Source: a virus. From it: a DNA stretch of 64,000 nucleotides. Shown here piece after piece: positions 20,101 to 27,900 of the stretch. The notes beneath the pieces are model-generated. The model had not been told where the DNA came from, did not search any database, and was given only the letters and a program-made list of their open reading frames with translations. Numbering within the stretch: position 1 is the first letter of the stretch; every line of letters starts with the position of its first letter. The stretch is from IMG/VR virus record IMGVR_UViG_3300045988_076381; one strand, given 5' to 3'. Position numbers and translations under genes: made by a program.

Positions 20101-21228
20101 ATCATCATCAAATTTACCATACACTATATCTTTATCTCTACTAAAATTCGGAATTAGCAGTAAATCTCCTGGAACTAAAGAGTATAATTGAGCTTCTGTA
20201 GTAACTTTGACTGGTTCTGAATAATTTAGATTATATAAATCCTTTTTAGGATTACCTTCCGAATCTAATACAGTCGATTCATAATTCTTCCAGATTATTT
20301 CTGATATTTGTTGATAGGATACATTCTTAGATTTTGGAATTTCCATTTCTATATAATAAGAATCATTCTTACCAACAAATGGAGGTTCATCATTTTCTTT
20401 AGTTGTATTTAATATAATATCTAACTCCTGATTAGATTTTTGAATAAATGGATTTATATCCATAGAAAATAGTCTACTAATAAATTCATTAAATAAATCA
20501 GAATTATTTAAATTTAGTACATCTCTGTATCTAGGTTCTGATACTAAATATGCGATGAATTCGTTTAAATCATAACTAGATCCTTTAGATACTTTATTAA
20601 TAAACTCTTTTATGTAAGGATTCTTATCCTGATTTTGTTTAGCAGTAGTATATATATTATATGCTATCTCATTTATTCTTTCAAAATTAGAATCCGTTTT
20701 ATTTATTTTAGAATAATATAAATGAAGTAACTCATGATATAAATCCCTGAGGGTTGCATCATTAAAGGTTCCATTAGTTTTTAAGATAATAAATTCATTA
20801 TTTAACAAAGTCCCTCTAACATCTACATTTTCATCAATATTTAGTGATTCTATATTTTCATCTAATAACAATATATTTGGTTGAGAAGGATTAATAGCAT
20901 TCATATCTATTAATTTATTAACCAAAGTATAATAACTCTCTTGTAGAGATTTATCAGATGTATAAGGAACTAAAGAATTTCCTATGTCTTCTATACTAGC
21001 ATTTCCAATTAAAGGCTCTCCATTAGAATATACTATCTTAGTAGATAAAAGATTTAAATCCGAAAGAGTACTTAACAAGATATTTAAAGAATCAATATCT
21101 AGATTAGAAATAGACTCACTCAAAGTAACTGCACTAACTTCATCATACGAAGTTAAGTTGGTAGGAATAATCCCACCAACTTTTTCTTCTCCATCTATAG
21201 TATATTGTATTTCTATATTACATCCCAT
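17167..21228 (-). CDS. giant virion-block protein (1353 aa from MGC start) with two HExxH motifs
   Basis: Motifs YHELLHLYY (about 20722-20745) and LHELMHLIMG (about 17661-17700). The ATG at 21228 (MGCNIE) is preferred because it matches the conserved junction motif; the track start is 21237. Confidence 0.8.
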   Translation of the reverse strand: MGCNIEIQYTIDGEEKVGGIIPTNLTSYDEVSAVTLSESISNLDIDSLNILLSTLSDLNLLSTKIVYSNGEPLIGNASIEDIGNSLVPYTSDKSLQESYYTLVNKLIDMNAINPSQPNILLLDENIESLNIDENVDVRGTLLNNEFIILKTNGTFNDATLRDLYHELLHLYYSKINKTDSNFERINEIAYNIYTTAKQNQDKNPYIKEFINKVSKGSSYDLNEFIAYLVSEPRYRDVLNLNNSDLFNEFISRLFSMDINPFIQKSNQELDIILNTTKENDEPPFVGKNDSYYIEMEIPKSKNVSYQQISEIIWKNYESTVLDSEGNPKKDLYNLNYSEPVKVTTEAQLYSLVPGDLLLIPNFSRDKDIVYGKFDDDYFSYVKYHPIQSVWKNRNGETFITLVNKYGSNVGHFTISYTDLVKLSLEKNKQIVFRKLYGALKDPNLPEDLIKNVRDTYERNIESEDYNNQPLIKSIGFDRKGLSFKYYTVGKSGFKLDVSNGTNATITQELRQNDIIKLRSWNKEDENSEWDSFTYYAPVVRTIGTIVEVALKNKDGKYFTKKIPFRNIETVIFTKENHPDLDNVYNQFINDYDTYSLNTKDKSKYQSIWFNLNILKSDQQPYRKLEGDFSDNLDRESVIKYRRDKVRSLRIGDSVSIEWDLKRTDGSPVISKHIVVGISGDRIYFLNRTTNDSAPKIGFVDLKTEFPLSENSKGQRINIPSLSAIHYNNTSDLELVEDLNTKKENVSKAFIRVDNEIVFDPNSNYIPLKDLYHIINIDSSNAEQETAKLQRGDIIRFKENDITFIGVVSNYDPITGTIIVPGSYRSGYLKRRSFRKIVSPQQLEYIGFAINPNYELGIIGHKEISEYNKKRLSRLYDLNHSTYGYSLEEILKKKSLLNKSRDWAIEQEAVYVIPKNITEREFKERYQDSKKKTLPHGRVSLLTPTILDMIKNGELIDLTSEYIKANNVKDTKIYGLKNIRTGIQVNDSTGFYYDPRIYQRSPEQVINIIEVDDVVKIKYNDKFTKYLRIKSITDKGINLESEIVGLNGEIYNNSWYINLNDIKSGKYLISELYYPINKTRQKELENLSITDEIPQIKKVEYFTDTYDKFDKKKILNRVIENINSTYNNIINVIDDAKIQELVDSENLNSTLADSFSRAGAFIWNGKIYVNINRADISSPLHELMHLIMGAMRSKNYSLYSSLLDKVATLPEFNERFRNILTNRTLNDAKEEAFVEFIADSLSGVFSSEEFNINNLLSSTDFFGEYLKVLDSTLSLDLNTLPEKISETLSRKLSKMPIEKIITEFNSLLLSAGNKRFSLFNPENVSEAFKNRNITNIKSSLLNSKNPNTQLLEKC

Positions 21229-21230
21229 AG

Positions 21231-24200
21231 TTAACAATTTATAATAAGTTTTATTTTATTAAGCCTCATTAGATTATTTATAAGCTCGACTGTTTCAATA
21301 GTTTTGCTAGTCTTATTATTAATCTCTTTTAATTTATAGTTATAATTACTTCTTATTAAGTAATATCTTTCATCTCCTAGAAGATCCACTTCTTTAAATT
21401 TTTTATTCTTAGTATCTTTTCCTATTTGTTCTAAGAGCTGATATTTACCTAAATCTTCATTATATACCTTTACATATTTATTATTAGAAATTAATGCTTC
21501 AAAACTATCTCTAATTGAAGCCATTCTAAGAAGGATATCATCTATATTAACATCTTCCATAGTTACTTTATCACTCTTTGAATCATAAATTACTCCGGGA
21601 GTTATAGTATTTAAATCTAATCCTCCAATATATTTAAAGTAATCTACAATTAAACTTCCAGGATTAAATACTGATCCTTGTAATACTTTTAATATACTAT
21701 CTTGTCCTTTTCTCCCTTTATGAGTAATTAAATTATATATGAAAAATAAATCTGATAACTTGATCCCTCTAAATTCAACATTTTCAATTTCTCCAAATGC
21801 TGAAACTTGTTTATCAAATTCTGGATTATTTACAGTAGTAACCATATTTATAGATGGTCTGTAATATATATAATTAGATCCATCTAATTTAGAAGTATTA
21901 TCAGTTATAATTAATCCATTTAAAAATGCGTTATTAACTAACTGAGATCCAAAAGTCATTACTCCTTTAGAATTAATTGTATATCCACTCTTTAACATTG
22001 GAATTACATAAGATTCCATATATAATTTAAAGGATGCTAAACCATCATCATTAGATAAAGAATAAGATGTCTGCTCGGTAGCAGTAAGCATTTCCCCATT
22101 TAAGAAATAATTTTGGCCTTTAGGAACTGAAATAGATAAATTTTTATTTTTTAAATACTTCCTAATTATCAATTCATCTATATAATCTCTAATGATATTT
22201 AGTTGAGATTCAGATAGTTTATTAGGCATAGTAATTTTACCAATCCTCCTTCTCATTATTACGTTTTCTAAATTATCTATAATAGAGTTTGATAATGCAT
22301 ATTTAACACTTCCTAATTTAGAATTTTGTTCATTTATATAATAAGCATTAATAAATGCTTTATAATGCGGAAGAGAATCTATTAAATCAAATACATTTAT
22401 TACAGACTTTATTAAATTATAGAATTTAATAACAGATTCAGCATAATCAGGTTGTTCTAAAAATTTAGTTAAATCAAATTTCATACTAGAAAAAGTTCCA
22501 TTTGAAGACATTTTATCTAGAGCATCTCCAACTATAGAAGATAATTCTTGATCTGTATATATATTCCCAATATTAGGGTTATATTCTTTTAATGCCCCAA
22601 TAAAATAATCAGCTGTATCTCCGGTTAATTGAAGTTTATCTAATCCATTCTGAATTAATGTATTAAAGGACTTGCTGAAATTATATCTATCATATTGTTT
22701 AGTCTTTATACCTCCATTAATTCCTAAAATTTGACCTAACGTAGCTATTTCTTTTGCTCCAGTGTAAGCTTTTACAAAGGTAGTAAAATTTGTTTTAGAT
22801 TTTACTGATGAATTAAACAAATCTTTTAAATCTTTAAATTTCCTCACTTGTTTAAAATATCTAATTAATCCCTGCACTACTTCCTCAGAAGATCTAACTA
22901 ATGCTAATTCATCCCACTCTGACATAGAATCTAAGAATGTTAAAGCATACTCTTCATCAAGAAATCTTTCATTAACAAAATTATATTTAGTAGTTTCAAG
23001 ATCATTTATAATTTCGTTTATATCATTTGATGTTAGTTCATTAAGTTTAAATGCGGAGATTATCTTAGAATTATATAATGTATTTAAATATAATGAAACA
23101 GATTTTACATATCCTTTTCCAATAAAATTTGTAAGTGATGGTCCTTTTTCTATATTTCTTAATGTGGAATCTATAGTAGCGTATTGATCATACATTCTAT
23201 TAACTGTAGCTGCTTGAACTATAGCATTAACCTCTGAACTAGTCATAAGATCTGAGATATTATCAAATGATAAGCCTTGGATTAATAAATATACATATAC
23301 TCCAGCCAGGTCAGGACCAGCGTTAATCTTTGATAAGATCAATTCTTTAGCATTGTCAGTAGCAGCTGAGATTAAACTTGAGATAACGAGAGATTTGTCT
23401 TCTTGAAATCTATTTTGTGTAAGATCTATTGCATCATTCACACTAATACTTTTATCTCTAGCCTCATTTAAAAGATCATATACAAACTCAATATCATCAA
23501 GATTAATGTTAGCCAAACTATTTGTGAATAATTTAACGAGTTCCCCATCACTCTTCCCTTCATTTCCAGGAATATTTTTATAAATCTCAAAAACATTATT
23601 AAAATATAAATTTGATTTTAATAAATCTTCTACAGTTAATCCTTTTTCAGCTAATTTTCTTATCTCCTGATTAAAGTACTGAGTTGCAGCTAAAAATACC
23701 TTTTGTCCTACAGCACTTATACCGATAACTTCCTTCCCTGCCATATTCTCGAAGAATAAGTTCCATTTAACAGATGGACAGAAATCTGTAACCGTTTTAG
23801 CATAAGCTCCAGCCTCAGATTTAGCAGCAGCAGCTTGTGGGTCTCCCATACTAATAGGTGATTCGGCAGCTACAAGATTCTTAAAGTTATCAGAGATTTG
23901 ATAGATTTTATTATATACAAAATTCTTTGTAGCGGATAAAAGTTTATTTGGACTTATTTCTTTAAGATGTCTAGATATATCAATATCTAAATTCTCTATC
24001 ATATTTGATATAAGTATTCTGGCACTTTCTATATCCTCATTCCTTGATTTATCATCTGAATTTTCTTTTATATAATTTAGATCATTAACTAAATCAGGAT
24101 TATAATATAATTGTATATTAGTTTGTTTGAATCTATCTACCTTATTTAAAACATCTACAGCTAATTTTAATCTAGTATTATCCCCATCATATTCTCCGTT

Positions 24201-24395
24201 TAAGATAGATAAGATTTCAGGAGTTATATCTATATAAGGTATTTCCGGATTTATTTCAGAAGTTATTGTATATTTTAAATCTGAATTTGGAAATGGTAAT
24301 TGTTTTGAGAGTTCAAATGATTCATTATCTCTATAATTAAATAACGATGACCATGCTTCATAAATTCCATTTTTATTTATTAAAGGCATTGTCAT
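21231..24395 (-). CDS. giant protein segment (1054 aa as annotated); probable 3' exon of a spliced gene
   Basis: Long ORF whose frame stays open for 12 codons upstream of its ATG (back to TGA 24434-24432), immediately downstream of two group I intron cores. Confidence 0.75.
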   Translation of the reverse strand: MTMPLINKNGIYEAWSSLFNYRDNESFELSKQLPFPNSDLKYTITSEINPEIPYIDITPEILSILNGEYDGDNTRLKLAVDVLNKVDRFKQTNIQLYYNPDLVNDLNYIKENSDDKSRNEDIESARILISNMIENLDIDISRHLKEISPNKLLSATKNFVYNKIYQISDNFKNLVAAESPISMGDPQAAAAKSEAGAYAKTVTDFCPSVKWNLFFENMAGKEVIGISAVGQKVFLAATQYFNQEIRKLAEKGLTVEDLLKSNLYFNNVFEIYKNIPGNEGKSDGELVKLFTNSLANINLDDIEFVYDLLNEARDKSISVNDAIDLTQNRFQEDKSLVISSLISAATDNAKELILSKINAGPDLAGVYVYLLIQGLSFDNISDLMTSSEVNAIVQAATVNRMYDQYATIDSTLRNIEKGPSLTNFIGKGYVKSVSLYLNTLYNSKIISAFKLNELTSNDINEIINDLETTKYNFVNERFLDEEYALTFLDSMSEWDELALVRSSEEVVQGLIRYFKQVRKFKDLKDLFNSSVKSKTNFTTFVKAYTGAKEIATLGQILGINGGIKTKQYDRYNFSKSFNTLIQNGLDKLQLTGDTADYFIGALKEYNPNIGNIYTDQELSSIVGDALDKMSSNGTFSSMKFDLTKFLEQPDYAESVIKFYNLIKSVINVFDLIDSLPHYKAFINAYYINEQNSKLGSVKYALSNSIIDNLENVIMRRRIGKITMPNKLSESQLNIIRDYIDELIIRKYLKNKNLSISVPKGQNYFLNGEMLTATEQTSYSLSNDDGLASFKLYMESYVIPMLKSGYTINSKGVMTFGSQLVNNAFLNGLIITDNTSKLDGSNYIYYRPSINMVTTVNNPEFDKQVSAFGEIENVEFRGIKLSDLFFIYNLITHKGRKGQDSILKVLQGSVFNPGSLIVDYFKYIGGLDLNTITPGVIYDSKSDKVTMEDVNIDDILLRMASIRDSFEALISNNKYVKVYNEDLGKYQLLEQIGKDTKNKKFKEVDLLGDERYYLIRSNYNYKLKEINNKTSKTIETVELINNLMRLNKIKLIINC

Positions 24396-24413
24396 GTAGA
24401 CTTTATCAATATC

Positions 24414-24731
24414 CGTTTGACCTTTATATTTTCATATAAAGACTGACTATATCATCACTTTTAAAGTGCCTCCCGCTTCGGATTATTTAAATCCTACTCT
24501 ACTAAGTTCTATTTAAATATTAAATAGCTTTTCGATAGTCGATGAACTCTTCTCTTATATAAGAGACTTAGCTGCGGATTACCCAATCTTAATACTTTTT
24601 ACTATACTGAGGTAATTACTCTCACCATTTAAATATTACTATCTAAACTTAGTATATTAAGCTCTAAGGGATTTCCCGCAATTCAAGAGGTTTAATGACT
24701 ACAATATAACCTATAGTCCGATCCTTGGCTG
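24414..24731 (-). ncRNA. group I (IA-like) intron core, copy 2 (boundaries approximate)
   Basis: Core elements P AAUUGCGGGAAA (24683-24672), Q AAUCCGCAGC (24580-24571), R GUUCAUCGACUAU (24547-24535), S AUGAUAUAGUC (24455-24445). Helices P4 UGCGGG/UCCGCA, P6 UCUCUUAU/AUAAGAGA, P7 GACUAU/AUAGUC, P7.1 CUAUUUA/UAAAUAG, P7.2 GGAUU/AAUCC, P3 CCUCUU/GGGAGG, P8 CACUU/AAGUG, P9 CUUUAUAU/AUAUAAAG. Confidence 0.8.
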
Positions 24732-24734
24732 AGA

Positions 24735-24976
24735 CTTATTATCTTATAACTGTTTATGTTATAATTCTATGATTTCATTTTGTTATATTCATAGTTTAGA
24801 CTATATCTTCATGAATTACTCATGTTGGATGCTCGTGGGAGAGATTATTGTTAGGCTCACTCTCCTAGTCGTTGAACCTTCTAGATTCTTTTAACCTAAA
24901 TCTAGCTCGGCTGCTGATTGTCCACTTCTGGAGTTCCCAGCAATTCTTCCAATTTTATATGACCCCTAAGTATTTA
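24735..24976 (-). ncRNA. group I (IA-like) intron core, copy 1 (boundaries approximate)
   Basis: Core elements P AAUUGCUGGGAA (24945-24934), Q AAUCAGCAGCC (24919-24909), R GUUCAACGACUAGG (24877-24864), S AAGAUAUAGUC (24809-24799). Helices P1 AUAUGGCU/GGUCAUAU, P3 UUGGA/UCCAA, P4 UGCUGG/UCAGCA, P5 UCCA/UGGA, P6 CUAGAUU/AAUCUAG, P7 GACUA/UAGUC, P7.1 GGAGAG/CUCUCC, P8 CAUGA/UCAUG, P9 CUAUGA/UCAUAG. Confidence 0.8.
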
Positions 24977-27900
24977 AGCCATATCTGATACAGATTAACA
25001 TAAGCTTCATTACTTTCTGCATCAGAGAATCCTACTACATCCATTGTCATAATAGACTGAAATGCTTGTGCAGGAATACGATTCGCTGTTATTTTTAAAC
25101 TCTCAATAAATGATCTATATATCTTCTTAGAATCTCTTTCGATTCTTCTATTTATATAATCATCATATTCATCTTTTATCTCTTCTATACTACTATTATT
25201 TATAGCTAATTCTTCTCCTAATCTCGAATCTGTCATATTTATATAATCTCTTAACTCTTTAATATTATCAGAATTAAAATTATACCATATTCCTATATAC
25301 TCATCAGAAGAATTAAATACATTAACTAAATTCCCTAAATTAGAAGGATCTACAACAATCACTTCTTGAACTATTCCATTACTAGTATCCTGATAAAAAT
25401 GAAGTCCAGATGTTTTATATACAGCTTCTCCATTTTCATTTAATCTCCATTCTTCTCCATCTATAACTTCTGTTAATATTTCCAGTGGAGTTAGTGAAGA
25501 TATATAATTTTCAGAACTAGGCTTATTTATAATAATTCTAGTATTATCTAAACTATTCTTTAGAAATTCTATATCATTAGGAAGAGGATCAGATTTAGCT
25601 TTATTATATGTTCTTAATAATTTCTGTCTAAAGTACTCCCCATTACTATTAATAATATTCGCAATATTATCTCCAGTTCGTAATCCGAATATAGATTGAT
25701 ATACCTTAGATATTACAGCCTGTGCTCTTTTTATATTTAAATCATGTATTCTTACTCCTTGAAGTCCTCCGACAAATTCTATTATATCATTGTTATCTAT
25801 AATCATTTGATATTCAGGCATTCTCGGATCTAATAACATAATATTTTCATCCAATAATCCAATATATCTATTAACAAACTGTTGAAGTGCTAGAATTTCC
25901 TCTTTAGATGCTTTAGACTCTCTTAATCTAAACATATCTTCGATTATCGGATGGTCATAAATATTATATTTCTTATTTATCCCATCAATACTCCAAGTAG
26001 CTCTAAAAGGTTGAAGTTCTTTTCTGATTCCTTTTAAATTAGTTACTGTAGTATTTAAATTCCTATAATGTTTAAATTTATCATAAGTATTTATATCCAC
26101 CTGTTCTCCAGTAGTAGGATCTAATACAATATCACCAAATTCTATTAAATCCGTAGATATTTCCTGTGTTAAATTTCCTGTTTCTAAATATCTATCTAAA
26201 CCTGATCTAAGAATATTTCCATTTTCATCAGTAAGAGAATAATAACCAGCTTCATTAGCTATATGTATTAAATCTTCCTGAGAATAATATCCTCTTAAAA
26301 CATTTCCATTAGAATCAAATAAATTCTCAGATCCATCAAAATAATAATGTTTTATAGATCCATAAGAAGGAATCATTACAGCTCCCATACCAGAGAAAGT
26401 TCTTTTAATACTATCAGAGTTCATTTTAGATGCTAACATAGTTATAAAAGAACTATTTATACTTCCGGAACTAAACGGAATTTTAAATCTTAAATCTCTA
26501 GCATTAAATAATTCATTATTTAAATTCTCCTCAAACTCTCTTGCAGCTTCTTCCAAATAACCAGTAATTACTCCATCTCCAGAGCTTCCTTCGAAGGCTT
26601 TAATAGTTGCTTTAGCTAGAAGTTTATATAATAATGTTTTATTAGCTTCTCCTAATTCTGTAAGAGTTTCTAAGTTATTAGCTTGATTATGCGCTTCAAA
26701 ATACTTCTTTAAAGTAGTATTTACTACAGAACCTAAAGCTCTATAAGCCGCATCAGCTAAATCTGATGTATATCCATTAGCTGCTAAAGTACTAATAATC
26801 TGAGTAGATTCAGTAACAGTAGATAAATCAGCATGGTGATCTGCATCCATTTGAATACCCACGAATTGTGTACCAACTCTACCATAGGATAAAGGAGTAT
26901 CATCGTATCTAGCATTGGCTGGATTTGTATTAAACGCTCCAACTTTTATTGATGTTCCATTTGCTAGGTAATGTATATCAGAGTATTTAAGAGGTTGATA
27001 TATATAATTCTGATCTAGTATTACTCTTAATTTTCTTTGTTCGTCTAATATATAACTAGAATCTTCTGGAATATTGTTAAATGTAAATGGAAGATCTTGT
27101 TTAGATATAATTGTATTTAATAAATCTAAATCACCATTAACCATATTTAATAGATCCCTCTTAGTTATATAATATCCGGTTTTATTCATAAACTGTACTG
27201 TAGCATTTACAGAAGCCTCTCCTTTATCTCCGGAATTACTTAAATAAGGATCTAAAGGATTAGAATTATCTAATGAATAAGAATACTCTCCACCTAGAGC
27301 TTTCCATAATTTATAATTACTATCTATTACTACAGTTCTTGTTACATTTCTACTATTCTGAGTATCTCCCCCGTTATTATTAACTCTTCGTTCTATAATA
27401 TTATAAGTATTATTTCCTAGAGATTCTAAATCAATTATTCTATAATATTCTCCATTATTCGCATTATAATAATATAAATCCTCGGATATAATATCTCTAA
27501 GATGACGTTTATTACCATTAAAATCTTGCATTAAATTAATAATAGGAACATCCCATTTTCTATCAGTCATTTTTTGCAACAATTTAACTTTCTCCGGAGA
27601 TTTTCTCATTCGATAATTAGTTATAGAGAATATAGCACATTTCATTAATAACCCATTACCAAATTCAAGATCTACATTATATCCAAAATTCTTTCTATTA
27701 TATCCAGCACTAGAGCTAAACATTGAATTGTTCTCTAACACATTTTGAAATGGATTACATTCCATAGAGCCATCTAATACCTTTACATTATCAGTCTCCC
27801 CAGAAGGATTAAATACAGGAGCTTCTATATCTTTGATAATTGCTACATTTATAGTTGGAGTTGTTCCTTCTAATGCTTTTTGATAATAGTTGTGTATAGT

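Noticed and set aside
20984-21244. 86-aa + strand ORF, and the similar short antisense ORFs at 31795-32013, 38419-38622, 44788-45000, 47245-47460, 49978-50217, 52428-52694 and 53665-53871.
   Set aside because: All are embedded antisense in long - strand genes and show low-complexity shadow-frame composition. They are treated as spurious.
24396-24954. Circularly permuted group I intron. On first reading, R and S elements appeared upstream of the textbook P and Q elements.
   Set aside because: A second, slightly divergent P/Q pair (AAUUGCUGGGAA / AAUCAGCAGCC) lies upstream of the first R/S, and a second R/S pair lies downstream of the consensus P/Q. The order is therefore P-Q-R-S twice, which means two tandem canonical cores and not a permutation.
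24396-24954. Homing endonuclease gene, tRNA or other gene inside the gap.
   Set aside because: No ORF of useful length exists in any frame (the track shows none of 60 aa or more), and no cloverleaf could be drawn. The sequence is fully accounted for by ribozyme helices.
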